Shown here in pieces: positions 10,343 through 23,249 of a stretch of 64,000 nucleotides of DNA. The position numbers were made by a program, and so were the translations under genes. Position 1 is the stretch's first letter, and every line of letters begins with the position of its first letter. Under the pieces are notes generated by a model, which was not told where the DNA came from, ran no database searches, and worked only from the letters and a program-made list of their open reading frames with translations. The stretch spans positions 377,532 to 441,531 of the forward strand of contig NIVC01000808.1 of the NCBI GenBank assembly GCA_002269645.1, in the 5' to 3' direction. The DNA comes from Macrostomum lignano (taxonomy: Eukaryota).

Positions 10343-12058
10343 GTAGCTTATTTTTCTTATAACTGTCTGGATAGATCGGTGCAGACTATCGGCTCTATTT
10401 TTGGGGAAATCACGGGACCCGCTGTGTACTTTTAAAAAAGTTCGTCTGCATTTCTGTACCCGTCACCCGATCCCTTCGGCTGGCTGAACTTGCACGCGAA
10501 ATCTACTGATAGGATTTTCGGGAACAGCTGACCCTTAATTTGCAGTAGTGACGTCACTAGCTTGGCATACGGTAAAACGAATTCATGAGAAAGCGCTAGT
10601 TTTGCTTCATGCATTAATTTTCAATATTATGTTGCAAAAGACTCTGGTGAGTTCAAATCCAAAGTCTAGCAGGTTTATTGACAGTGTTTTGAGTGAATGC
10701 AGATTACGCGGGATTAGTAAGAGCAAGTGAAAGGCAATGGCCACTGTTAACATAGCAGGACGTAAAACTCCTGAATAAAATACACTGCGAAGTTAGGAAT
10801 AATTAATTATTTTTCATCACAAAATTAATCATTGCGTTTGATCTGGGGAAGTGAAGATTTCCATTCCTTCAATTTAGCATGCACAACATGTTACTCTGTT
10901 GTATTTTATATTGTTTTTTAGTATTATTTAATCGTATTTTATATAGGTCTGCATGCAAAAACTTTATTGAAGAAGAAACGAAATAAAAATTTCACTAGTG
11001 AGTACACTATAACTTCGGCTTTGGGCTTGTAAAAAATAGCGTATGAAAATAATACTTTCACTAACTACATGTGTGTAAAATATTAAAGTAATGGTAATCT
11101 TCATTGACCCTCTATTGATTCTGAGATTCTGAGATTCTGAGATTCTGAGATCGGCCTCCTAAAAAATTACACGATCTACGAGTTTTACGTCCTGTTTTAC
11201 TACAGTGGTCCTTGGTGAAAGGCTGTATGATGCAAGCTACATGTAAAGCAATCGTTATAACAGGATGCATTTGGATTGTGAACAAACCGGTTAGAGACGA
11301 TTCACTGAAAAAGAATTACGCTCATATTATTTTAAATAATATCCTACTAACAGTAGCAATCTGTGCGTGTAATCGCAGGCTTAAAAAACTAGACATAGCA
11401 TATTTCAATATTATAAAATAGCAAAAAATATTCGCGTGTTAATGTCGAAACCTAAAGTACAAGGGCGCTTATCCTCGACTTTCTTAGAAACGATCGCTCT
11501 GCAACAATATTATAAGAAACGTAATAAATATTTAAATTTGTCGCTTCGTTAGTGCAGATAGTTTGAATGGAGTTTTCACCATTGACAAATTCACCCGGGA
11601 AAATGATCGGATCTCTCGAGAGCGTATAGAATGCACTATAGCCATTATAGTCTAGAAATGATGAGTTAATTATAAACCTTGCACGCATGTAGGAGCGTAA
11701 ATGTTTGTACAAATCACATTAAAACAAAAAGCGCTATATATACGCTCGTACACTATGCAATATCAATAGCACTAAAATATTGTCTGATCATCCATGGGTT
11801 TGAACTGAGAATCCCCCAGTGATGCTTGCTGTAAATTGGGAGCAAAAAAAGTAAAACAAACTACGAGCTGGCGAGCTAAAGCAGGACTTTGCACTCGAAA
11901 TCTTGCGAATTTCACTGGAGGCAAAGTGCTGACCCAAAGACCAGGAAAGCAATTGCAAAGTTTCTGGTGAAATTTCTGTTCCTATCTCTCAAGCCTAAAG
12001 CGCAAAATTCGAATGATCTGCCAGTTCAGCATCCGTGCGCGCATGTCCATGGCATTGA

Positions 12059-15000
12059 TCAGCCGGTGTCACCGCCGCCGCCAGCCCGGTAGCTGTGCAG
12101 CATCCGGCGGTTCACCGGCCACACATCGGGGTTCCACTGCTTGGCCTCAAGCTCCTCGGCAGTTGGCACGTAGGGCGTGTGCAGCCGCACCGCGCTGCCA
12201 GCCACGCTCAGCAGCTTCACCTCCAGCGGTCCGACATTCATCAGCTCTCCTAGCGAGCGCCCGTCATCGCCCAGCTCGCGTAGCAGCTGGCGGAGCTCCT
12301 CGTCGCCTGCCTCGATGTCGTCCTCAGCGTCGCTGTCAGCTGCGTCGTCGTCCCTGTCGCCGACGCCGGAGCCCCGCTCCGAGGCGGACTGCAGACGGGT
12401 GGTCAGCGCCAGGAACCGGTCCTCCAGAGCCTTCTCCGAGGCGCTTCGAGGCTGGCGCGAGGCGCCGTCCTCTGAATCGCCGGTGCCGCCGATGGCGCCT
12501 TTGGAGGCCAGGACCTACGGGAGAGGAAAAATGTGAGGGAGAGATGTACTGAGGTGCTGAGCTCGAACTAGATCCTGCAACGTTACACACTCTGAGACAC
12601 ACCCTGAGATTCCCATAGACACACCCTGAGATTACCATAGACACACCCTGAGATTCCCATAGACACACCCTGAGATTACCTTTGACACACCCTGAGATTA
12701 CCTTTGACACACCCTGAGATTCCCATAGACGCATCCGCAGGATCCTCATAGACAAATCCCCAGGATCCTCATAGAAACATCCCCAGGATCCTCATGAAAC
12801 ATCCCCAGGATTCTCATGAAACATCCCCAGGATCTTCATGAAACATCCCCAGGATCTTCATGAAACATCCCCAGGATCTTCATGAAACATCCCCAGGATC
12901 CTCATGAAACATCCCCAGGATCCTCATGAAACATCCCCAGGATCCTCATGAAACATCCCCAGGATCCTCATGAAACATCACCAGGATCCTCATGAAACAT
13001 CCCCAGGATCCTCATGAAACATCCCCAGGATCCTCATGAAACATCCCAAGGATCCTCATGAAACATCCCTAGGATCCTCATGAAACATCCCCAGGATCCT
13101 CATGAAACATCCCCAGGATCCTCAAAAAACACCCCCAGGATCCCCATGAAACATCCCCAGGATCCTCATAGACACATTGTCAGATTTCCCATCAAATAAT
13201 CCCACAGAGCTTTGCCCACCTGGTCCAGGTCGAGCTCCAGCAGGCCCGGCTCAGCCAGGCTGTCCCCATCCCGGAACTGCGTGAGGAAGAAGTCCCTGGA
13301 GAAGCGCAGGTCCTGGACCCGGCACTCAAACAGGTCGGCCATGATTCGCAGATTGCGACGCTCCAGGTCCTCCACCTGGGCCAGCACCCGTTCCATCTCG
13401 GCCCGGTGGGTCTCAGCCTCTTCCTTCAACCAGCTGTTGTCCACAAGCTCCTGGGTGATGCCGACGGGCGGGGGTCAGCGAGTGCGGTGGAGTTCAGCGG
13501 ATCGCATCAGTGACAGTTCCGAGTATTTTTAAATTCACTGCAGCTCTAGCCCGTGTAGCTTTACACTTAGCAGATAAGTGGATTGCTAATCTAGCCAACA
13601 AGGATTATTAAGGAATAGAATGGATGGCTAATCTAGCCAGCATGGATTATGAAAGGATAGAATGGATTGCTAATCTAGCCAACATGGATTATTAAGGAAT
13701 AGAATGGATTGCTAATCTAGCCAACATGGATTATTAAGGAATAATAGAATGGATTGCTAATCTAGCCAACATGGATTATTAAGGAATAGAATGGATTGCT
13801 AATCTAGCCAACAAGGATTATTAAGGAATAGAATGGATTGCTAATCTAGCCAACAAGGATTATTAAGGAATAGAATGGATTGCTAATCTAGCCAACAAGG
13901 ATTATTAAGGAATAGAATGGATTGCTAATCTAGCTAACATGGATTATTAAGGAATAGAATGGATTGCTAATCTAGCCAACAAGGATTATTAAGGAATAGA
14001 ATGGATTGCTAATCTAGCCAACATGGATTATTAAGGAATAGAATGGATTGCTAATCAAGCCAACATGGATTATTAAGGAATAGAATGGATTGCTAATCTA
14101 GCCAACATGGATTATCAAGGAATAGAATGGATGGCTAATCTAGCCAACATGGATTATTAAGGAATAATAGAATGGATTGATAATCTAGCCAGCATGGATT
14201 ATGAAAGGATAGAATGGATTGCTAATCTAGCCAACATGGATTATTAAGGAATAGAATGGATGGCTAATCTAGCCAACATGGATTATTAAGGAATAGAATG
14301 GATTGCTAATCTAGCCAACAAGGATTATTAAGGAATAGAATGGATTGCTAATCTAGCTAACATGGATTATGAAAGGATAGAATGGATTGCTAATCTAGCC
14401 AACAAGGATTATTAAGGAATAGAATGGATTGCTAATCTAGCCAACATGGATTATTAAGGAATAGAATGGATTGCTAATCTAGCCAACAAGGATTATTAAG
14501 GAATAGAATGGATTGCTAATCTAGCCAACATGGATTATTAAGGAATAGAATGGATTGCTAATCAAGCCAACATGGATTATTAAGGAATAGAATGGATTGC
14601 TAATCTAGCCAACATGGATTATCAAGGAATAGAATGGATGGCTAATCTAGCCAACATGGATTATTAAGGAATAATAGAATGGATTGATAATCTAGCCAGC
14701 ATGGATTATGAAAGGATAGAATGGATTGCTAATCTAGCCAACATGGATTATTAAGGAATAGAATGGATGGCTAATCTAGCCAACATGGATTATTAAGGAA
14801 TAGAATGGATTGCTAATCTAGCCAACAAGGATTATTAAGGAATAGAATGGATTGCTAATCTAGCTAACATGGATTATGAAAGGATAGAATGGATTGCTAA
14901 TCTAGCCAACAAGGATTATTAAGGAATAGAATGGATTGCTAATCTAGCCAACAAGGATTATTAAGGAATAGAATGGATTGCTAATCTAGCCAACAAGGAT

Positions 15001-18000
15001 TATTAAGGAATAGAATGGATTGCTAATCTAGCCAACAAGGATTATTAAGGAATAGAATGGATTGCTAATCCAGCCAACAAGGATTATTAAGGAATAGAAT
15101 GGATTGCTAATCTAGCCAACATGGATTATTAAGGAATAGAATGGATTGCTAATCTAGCCAACATGGATTATTAAGGAATAGAATGGATTGCTAATCTAGC
15201 CAACAAGGATTATTAAGGAATAGAATGGATGGCTAATCTAGCCAGCATGGATTATGAAAGGATAGAATGGATTGCTAATCTAGCCAACATGGATTATTAA
15301 GGAATAGAATGGATTGCTAATCTAGCCAACATGGATTATTAAGGAATAATAGAATGGATTGCTAATCTAGCCAGCATGGATTATGAAAGGATAGAATGGA
15401 TTGCTAATCTAGCCAACAAGGATTATTAAGGAATAGAATGGATTGCTAATCTAGCTAACATGGATTATGAAAGGATAGAATGGATTGCTAATCTAGCCAA
15501 CAAGGATTATTAAGGAATAGAATGGATTGCTAATCTAGCCAACATGGATTATTAAGGAATAGAATGGATTGCTAATCTAGCCAACAAGGATTATTAAGGA
15601 ATAGAATGGATTGCTAATCTAGCCAACAAGGATTATTAAGGACTAGAATGGATTGCTAATCTAGCCAACAAGGATTATTAAGGAATAGAATGGATTGCTA
15701 ATCTAGCCAACAAGGATTATTAAGGAATAGAATGGATTGCTAATCTAGCCAACATGGATTATTAAGGAATAGAATGGATTGCTAATCTAGCCAACATGGA
15801 TTATTAAGGAATAGAATGGATTGCTAATCTAGCTAACATGGATTATTAAGGAATAGAATGGATTGCTAATCTAGCCAACATGGATTATTAAGGAATAGAA
15901 TGGATTGCTAATCTAGCCAACATGAATTATTAAGGAATAGAATGGATTGCTAATCTAGCCAACATGGATTATTAAGGAATAGAATGGATTGCTAATCTAG
16001 CCAACATGGATTATTAAGGAATAGAATGGATTGCTAATCTAGCCAACATGGATTATTAAGGAATAGAATGGATTGCTAATCTGACCTGCTTAGTATTCTT
16101 GTCCAGCTGCTGCACCGCAGTATCCGTGGCCCGACTCTTCTGTTCCTCCAGCGCCGTGTCAGTGGTGGTCTGGATGCGGTCCCGGTCCTGCCGTGTCTTC
16201 CTGTCCAAGTACTCGCACATGGACTTGAACGTCTCGTCGATGTCGCGCACCTCCTGGCGCAGCAGCCGGATGCTGGTCTGCTGCTCCAGCTGGCCGCGGT
16301 CGCGGAACTCTCGCCAGGTTTCAATCTCGGACCTGGTGGCCGCCGTGTCCGCTATGGTCTGCTCGATCTCCTGGCGGAGGCTGCGGATCTCCTCCCGCTC
16401 CTGGGAAAGCCGGGCGAAGCTGATTGAGCCGGTTGTCTGGCTAATTGAGCCTGGTTGTCTGGCTAATTGAGCCGGTTGTCTGGCTAATTGAGTCTGTTAA
16501 TCTGGCTAATTGAGCCTGGTTGTCTGGCTAATTGAGCCTGTTAATCTGGCTAATTGAGCCTGGTTGTCTGGCTAATTGAGCCTGTTAATCTGGCTAATTG
16601 AGCCTGGTTGTCTGGCTAATTGAGCCTGGTTGTCTGGCTAATTGAGTCTGTTAATCTGGCTAATTATGTGTGATAATCTGTTTAATGATGTGTGATAATC
16701 TGGCTAATGATGTGTGATAATCTGTTTAATGATGTGTTATAATCTGGCTAATGATGTGTGATAATCTGACCAATGATGTGTGATAATCTGGCTAATGATG
16801 TATGATAATCTGGCTAATGATGTGTGATAATCTGGCTAATGATGTATGATAATCTGGCTAATTATGTGTGATAATCTGGCTAATGATGTATGATAATCTG
16901 GCTAATTATGTGTGATAATCTGGCTAATGATGTGTGATAATCTGGCTAATTATGTGTGATAATCTGGCTAATGATGTGTGATAATCTGGCTAATTATGTG
17001 TGATAATCTGGCTAATGATGTATGATAATCTGGCTAATGATGTATGATAATCTGGCTAATTATGTGTGATAATCTGGCTAATTATGTATGATAATCTGGC
17101 TAATTATGTGTGATAATCTGGCTAATGATGTATGATAATCTGGCTAATTATGTGTGATAATCTGGCTAATGATGTGTGATAATCTGGCTAATGATGTATG
17201 ATAATCTGGCTAATTATGTGTGATAATCTGGCTAATGATGTGTGATAATCTGGCTAATGATGTGTGATAATCTGGCTAATTATGTGTGATAATCTGGCTA
17301 ATGATGTGTGATAATCTGGCTAATGATGTGTGATAATCTGGCTAATGATGTGTGATAATCTGGCTAATGATGTATGATAATCTGGCTAATTATGTGTGAT
17401 AATCTGGCTAATGATGTGTGATAATCTGGCTAATGATGTGTGATAATCTGGCTAATGATGTATGATAATCTGGCTAATGATGTATGATAATCTGGCTAAT
17501 GATGTGTGATAATCTGGCTAATGATGTGTGATAATCTGGCTAATTATGTGTGATAATCTGGCTAATGATGTGTGATAATCTGGCTAATTATGTGTGATAA
17601 TCTGGCTAATTATGTGTGATAATCTGGCTAATTATGTGTGATAATCTGGCTAATGATGTGTGATAATCTGGCTAATTATGTGTGATAATCTGGCTAATTA
17701 TGTGTGATAATCTGGCTAATGATGTGTGATAATCTGGCTAATGATGTATGATAATCTGGCTAATGATGTGTGATAATCTGGCTAATGATGTATGATAATC
17801 TGGCTAATTATGTGTGATAATCTGGCTAATGATGTGTGATAATCTGGCTAATGATGTGTGATAATCTGGCTAATGATGTGTGATAATCTGGTTAATGATG
17901 TATGATAATCTGGCTAATGATGTGTGATAATCTGGCTAATGAGGTGTGATATTCTGGCTAATTATGTGTGATAATCTGGCTAATTATGTGTGATATTCTG

Positions 18001-18750
18001 GCTAACAATCTGGCCACTGATCACCTGCTGGTCCAGTCGCCAGTTCTCTTGCATAGCTGCCACCACCTCGGGCCGGTCAGTAAAGTGCTCCGAGTCCTTT
18101 TTCTCCTGCTCTTGCAGCCGCTTCAGCAGCATATTCATGTACGCCTCGCGCTCCTCAGCCAGCCGCTTGTTCCGTTCTTGGTTCCGCTCCTTCATCTCCA
18201 GCTGGCCTTTCACCTGTGCGTTTTGTATTCGGGATTGATTACTGTTAATTTGAGTACGCTGTCACTAGATTAGTGGCTATACTAGTCACTGTCACTAGAT
18301 TAGTGGCTAGTCACTGTCACTAGGTTAGTGTCTAGTCACTGTCACTAGATTAGTGGCTAGTCACTGTCACTAGATTAGTGGCTAGTCACTATCACTAGAT
18401 TAGTGTCTAGTCACTGTCACTAGGTTAGTGTCTAGTCACTGTCACTAGGTTAGTGTCTAGTCACTGTCACTAGGTTAGTGTCTAGTCACTGTCACTAGGT
18501 TAGTGTCTAGTCACTGTCACTAGGTTAGTGTCTAGTCACTGTGACTAGATTAGTGCTCTGCACCAAGTGGAGTTGCCGGAGACAAGCCAGGTCTCACCTG
18601 AAACGCGATCTCCTCCAGCTCCCGCTCCTGCAGCTTGATCTTGTAGTCCCAGATGGCCTCAGCTGGCGTCATGCCGGGTTCCTTGGCCTTCTTGGACTTT
18701 TTGCCGCCCTTCTTTCCCTTCTTGCCGCCGCCTTTTTTGCCTTTAGGCAT
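12059..18750 (-). CDS. CCDC83: Coiled-coil domain-containing protein 83 homologue, 5 exons (18750-18598, 18213-18025, 16400-16086, 13450-13220, 12514-12059), 447 aa
   Basis: All exon lengths are multiples of 3 with GT-AG phase-0 junctions. Motifs EAIWDYKIKLQE, RPEVVAAMQENW, DNSWLKEEAETHR, LFECRVQDL and NVGPLEVKLLSV match CCDC83 as I recall it (EALLDYQCQIKE, ENDWLKKEVAIHR, LSNCRLVDL, NLGPLGVKLMSV). Confidence 0.85.
12590..13165. repeat. Two adjacent about 22-bp minisatellites in CCDC83 intron 4
   Basis: CACACCCTGAGATTCCCATAGA units followed by CCAGGATCCTCATGAAACATCC units. Confidence 0.9.
13575..16080. repeat. 2.5-kb minisatellite, 42-bp unit, filling CCDC83 intron 3
   Basis: AATCTAGCCAACATGGATTATTAAGGAATAGAATGGATTGCT repeated with few variants. 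Confidence 0.97.
16420..18000. repeat. Two related 22-bp minisatellites filling CCDC83 intron 2
   Basis: CTGGCTAATTGAGCCTGGTTGT units, then GATAATCTGGCTAATGATGTGT units. Confidence 0.95.
18262..18552. repeat. 25-bp minisatellite in CCDC83 intron 1
   Basis: TAGTCACTGTCACTAG(A/G)TTAGTG(G/T)C tandem units. Confidence 0.92.
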
Positions 18751-18900
18751 GGCAGAGCTCGTTGGCAAATGCGGCTATAGCTAATAGTGGGATATTTTAG
18801 CTGGAAAAACTTTATTGAGACAATGCTTAAACCGATCTGAGACTGCTCTACTGGAGAATGAAGTCGGCGCTCTCTTTCTAACAGCCGCCTCCCCTCTCCG

Positions 18901-18915
18901 GTTGCTCATAGCAAC
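18901..18915. promoter_or_regulatory. Candidate RFX X-box in a bidirectional promoter
   Basis: GTTGCT-CAT-AGCAAC has perfectly inverted half-sites resembling the GTNRCC-N0-3-RGYAAC consensus, 150 bp upstream of the CCDC83 ATG. Confidence 0.6.
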
Positions 18916-19403
18916 AGTGCAATGCGCGCTGGGGCGCCGTACTCTTTCACTCTCTTCTTCTTCTCTGCTACACACCTCACCCTCCTCCCCCAGCTACCCC
19001 AGACAGCGGTGTACGCAGATAAGGCTGCGCACCTGAGAGACTCCAGGTTAGACTTCTGGCTTCATCTGTTTTTCTCAATTCCATGAGACCACCGCTGCAA
19101 GCATACTTGTGCGTCCATCTAAACACAATGTCTCCCTGCGGTGGTTGGTGGGTGGGGGCTGACACGCCTTATGTCAGGCTCTGTCTGTCTGTCTGACTCT
19201 CCACCCCGACGGCCGCCTCCTCTGGGCTTTTTTGTCTCGCCGCTCCAGTCAAGTGGAAGGAGGAGAGCCCAGCGGATCAGCAGACAGACTTGGCGGACAA
19301 ATCGCCTCGCAACTCCCCAGTCCGCTGATCCCCTCATCTAAGGATTAGGGAGGAAAAGAAGGGAGAAAGTTGAGGCAGGCGGGGGCGGTCGCGGCCTGAC
19401 AGG

Positions 19404-22219
19404 ATGCAGAACTGCTACAACACGGACGCGCGCGGCGGTCGCAGACCAGCAGCGGAGGCCGCCGCCGCCTCAGACATCGACGAGCGACTGACAAGGCGAC
19501 ACCTGGAGACGCTGGAGTTTGCTCAGGAGATTGTGCGGCAGAATCGCGAGCTGAAGGCGGCGGTGCAGACGCTCGAAGAGCAGCTGCTGGCGGCGACTAA
19601 GACGGAAGAAGCGGCTGGCGGAGGCGCACAGCACAAAAGCAGCCAGCAGATGGAGGACGAAACGCAGCAGCGGCTTAAGGAAATGCAGGTGAAAATGCAG
19701 GTCTCAAGGTTTTAAAGTTCTCAAAGGGGTCTCAGGGTCTGGAAGGTTCTCAGGGTCTGGAAGGTTCTCAGGTTCTGGAGGGTTCTCAGGGTCCGGAGGG
19801 TTCTCAGGGTCTGGAGGGTTGTCTGGAGGGTTCTCAGGGTCTGGAGGGTTGTCTGGAGGGTTCTCAGGGTCTGGAGGGTTCTCAGGGTCTGGAGGGTTCT
19901 CAGGGTCTGGAGTGTTCTCAGAGTCCGGAGGGTTCTCAGGGTCCGGAGGGTTCTCAGGGTCTGGAGGGTTCTCAGGGTCCGGAGGGTTGTCTGGAGGGTT
20001 CTCAGGGTCTGGAGGGTTCTCAGGGTCTGGAGGGTTCTCAGAGTCCGGAGGGTTCTCAGGGTCTGGAGGGTTGTCTGGAGGGTTCTCAGGGTCCGGAGGG
20101 TTCTTAGGGTCTGGAGGGTTCTTAGGGTCTGGAGGGTTTTTAGGGTCTGGAGGGTTCTCAGGGTCTGGAGGGTTCTCAGGGTCTGGAGGGTTCTCAGGGT
20201 CCGGAGGGTTGTCTGGAGGGTTCTCAGGGTCTGGAGGGTTCTCAGGGTCCGGAGGGTTCTCAGGGTCCGGAGGGTTCTCAGGGTCCGGAGGGTTCTTAGG
20301 GTCTGTAGGGTTCTTAGGGTCTGGAGGGTTTTTAGGGTCTGGAGGGTTCTCAGGGTCTGGAGGGTTCTCAGGGTCTGGAGGGTTCTCATTGTTTCGAGGT
20401 TTCTGATGGTTAGATTGGGCAGCAATCGAACATCACTCAGGCATCACCACTCCCTACTCATACTCTGAGCTGCCCTCTCGAACCCTCCCGACAGGATCTG
20501 TGCAACCAGCGAGTGGACGAGGTGGCCAAGCGACTGGCCGAGCAGCACGAGCGCGAGGTGGCGGCGCTGCTGCACGATCGGGCGGAGGCGGAGCGGACCT
20601 GGTACTCGGCCAGGCAGCAGGAACAGGCCGAGCTGCTCAAGTTGCAGACGGCGTTGCGCGACCGGGACGAGCTGGTGGCCCAGCTGGAGGCTCGGGTTGG
20701 GCAAAAGGCCGAGGCGCTGACAGCGGAGGCGGAGCGAGCGACGTCGCTGGAGGCGGCAGTGGCTGCGGCAGTCAAGGAGCGGGACGCAGCCAGGCGGTCG
20801 CTGACGGCGGCAGAGGAGCGCCGACGCGAGGAGGAGGTGAGAGACTGCCAATCAATCAGTCTGTAATTCATTTTCACATGTACACATGCAGTCAGGCCTA
20901 TTCCGCTGACGCCTGAGTGCACACATGCAATGGGATACACTCGAGCCCTGACTCCCCTAATGAGTGTTTTCTAACCCTGTGTATTGGGGCTTGCAGGGGC
21001 GTCAATGCAGGCTTTTTCAATTGAAGGGTGCGACAGCGGCTTTAGCACCAGGGGCTTTAGCACCAGGGGCTTTAGCACCAGGGGCTTTAGCACCTGCAGG
21101 AGCTTTAGCACCAGGGGCTTTAACACCAGGAGCTTTAGCACCAGGAGTTTTAGCACCTGCAGGAGCTTTAGCACCAGGGGCTTTAGCACCAGGGGCTTTA
21201 GCACCAGGGGCTTTAGCACCAGGGGCTTTAGCACCAGGGGCTTTAGCACCAGGGGCTTTAGCACCAGGAGTTTTAGCACCAGGGGCTTTAGCACCAGGGG
21301 CTTTAGCACCAGGGGCTTTAGCACCAGGGGCTTTAGCACCAGGGGCTTTAGCACCTGCAGGAGCTTTAGCACCAGGGCTTTAGCACCTGCAGGAGCTTTA
21401 GCACCAGGGCTTTAGCACCAGGGGCTTTAGCACCAGGAGTTTTAGCACCAGGGGCTTTAGCACCTGCAGGAGCTTTAGCACCAGGGGCTTTAGCACCAGG
21501 GGCTTTAGCACCAGGGGCTTTAGCACCAGAGGCTTTAGCACCAGGGGCTTTAGCACCAGGGGCTTTAGCACCAGGGGCTTTAGCACCAGGGGCTTTAGCA
21601 CCAGGGGCTTTAGCACCAGGGGCTTTAGCACCAGGGGCGCCAGCACTAGGGTCGCGGATTCGAACCTAGGTCCTGTGGCGCTAAAAGGCTTAACAAAGCA
21701 ATCCATAGCACACCCACTGTGCCCCAAAAACAGGCCGCTCAACACGAGCTCAGCGCGGAGCGCCAGAAATGCGCCGAGCTGCGACTTCGGCTCGACCAGC
21801 TGGCGCGCGACCGCGACGCCGACAGCCAGGCGGAGGCGGAGCGGCAGCGCCAGCTGGAGGACTGCCAGCGCGAGCTGGAGGAGCTGCGCCAGCGAGCCGA
21901 GCGGCTGGAACTCCGGCTGGCCGACTCGGAGCGCCGGCTGGCAGAGGCGCGCGCCCAAGAATCGCGCCTGGCTGCGGAGAACGCGGCACTCGAGGCCGAA
22001 ATTGAGGCGCTGCGGCTGGCCGCAAAGCGCCAAAAACAGCCGGCGCCGCTGGCGCAGGCGCCAAAGCAGCAGGCGGCAACGGCGCGGGAGTCTGGCGACG
22101 CGAATTTTCGCGAATTCGTCGCCGTCAAACGGGAGGTGGCGGCGCTGCGTGAAGAGAACGAGCGGCTGAGGGGCCACCTGAGGACTGCCGGCTCCACCGG
22201 CAAGAAGACCAGGGACTAG
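19404..22219 (+). CDS. Uncharacterised coiled-coil protein, 3 exons (19404-19688 or -19700, 20495-20836, 21734-22219), about 370 aa
   Basis: GC-rich E/Q/R/A heptad-rich ORFs joined by phase-0 GT-AG introns. I do not recognise the family. Confidence 0.75.
19725..20390. repeat. 18-bp minisatellite (GGGTTCTCAGGGTCTGGA), intron 1 of the coiled-coil gene
   Basis: Tandem periodicity; source of the GFSGSG and TLRTLQ pseudo-ORFs. Confidence 0.95.
21041..21640. repeat. 15-bp minisatellite (GGGGCTTTAGCACCA); same family, inverted, at 40760-41172
   Basis: Tandem periodicity; both arrays share the terminal variant GTGCTGGCGCCCCTGGTGCTAAAG. Confidence 0.95.
21645..21720 (-). mobile_element. Possible tRNA-derived SINE head preceding the 15-bp array
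   Basis: B-box GGTTCGAATCC on the minus strand (GGATTCGAACC at about 21655-21665). The A-box is weak. Confidence 0.35.
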
Positions 22220-22299
22220 CGATGGGGATGAGAGGAGTCTGTTGAGATTGTACTCAAAGAGAATAGTCAAATCTTAATGTGATTCTTGAGATTGTGGTG

Positions 22300-22770
22300 A
22301 GATTCCTGAGATTTTCATGAGTTTTTGTGAAGTTATAGATAGATTTGAGATTAAGATGAAATTTGTTAAATTATGATGAGATTTGTGAGCTTATGATGAG
22401 ATTTGTAAGATTATACTGAGATTTGTGAGATTACATTGAGATTTGTGAGATTATACTGAGATTTGTGAGGTTATGATGAGATTACAATGAGGTTTGTGAG
22501 ATTATGTTGAGATTTGTGAGATTATGTTGAGATTTGTGAGATTATGTTGAGATTTGTGAGATTTTGATGAGATTTGTGAGATTTTGATGAGATTTGTGAG
22601 ATTTTGATGAGATTTGTGAGATTATACTGAGATTTGTGAGGTTATGATGAGATTACAATGAGGTTTGTGAGATTACAATGAGGTTTGTGAGATTATGTTG
22701 AGATTTGTGAGATTATGTTGAGATTTGTGAGATTATGTTGAGATTTGTGAGATTTTGATGAGATTTGTGA
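22300..22770. repeat. About 20-bp minisatellite (GAGATTTGTGAGATTATGTT)
   Basis: Tandem periodicity downstream of the coiled-coil gene. Confidence 0.9.
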
Positions 22771-23249
22771 GATTTACATGTATTTTTACATGTATATGTA
22801 TATGCATCTATAAATATTAAGTGCACGCGCACTAACTCCGTGCCTTAGCCACATGAACTTAACTTCAGTACCCTACAGTTTAATTGAATTCAATTTGGCT
22901 TTTCTATTATTTTGTTGCATTAAAAACACAGCTGAAGGTGAAAGTGTGAAAATATTAAAAATGGACAATAGATAATCAAGCATGCCATGACGCAGTGTGC
23001 TGTGTGAGAAATTTGTCAATACTACTAGTTAGTACTGGATTCGCGTATATTTGAACCCAATAAAATTTATAGTTAAAACAATTAACAGATTTAGAGCGCG
23101 AAAAATATGTTCCAATAAATAATTAATTCGTCCTTCTGATCAAAAAAGTTTAAGAGAATCGATCACGATTGTTAGAGATCATCATTGTGATGTAGCGAAA
23201 TCGGGGTTGGGATTCTATTCGTTCTAGGATGGGATTCAAGACATCTGAA

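Noticed and set aside
13575-16080. Regular 42-bp repeats as a CRISPR array
   Set aside because: No unique spacers, eukaryotic intronic context, and no cas genes.
16401-16422. CAG at 16420-16422 as the CCDC83 exon 3 acceptor
   Set aside because: Wrong phase; the CAG at 16401-16403 has a pyrimidine tract and preserves the frame.
19819-21415. Gly/Ser-rich and ALAPG-repeat ORFs resembling structural or silk-like proteins
   Set aside because: They lie within GT-AG introns of the coiled-coil gene and are translations of 18- and 15-bp minisatellites.
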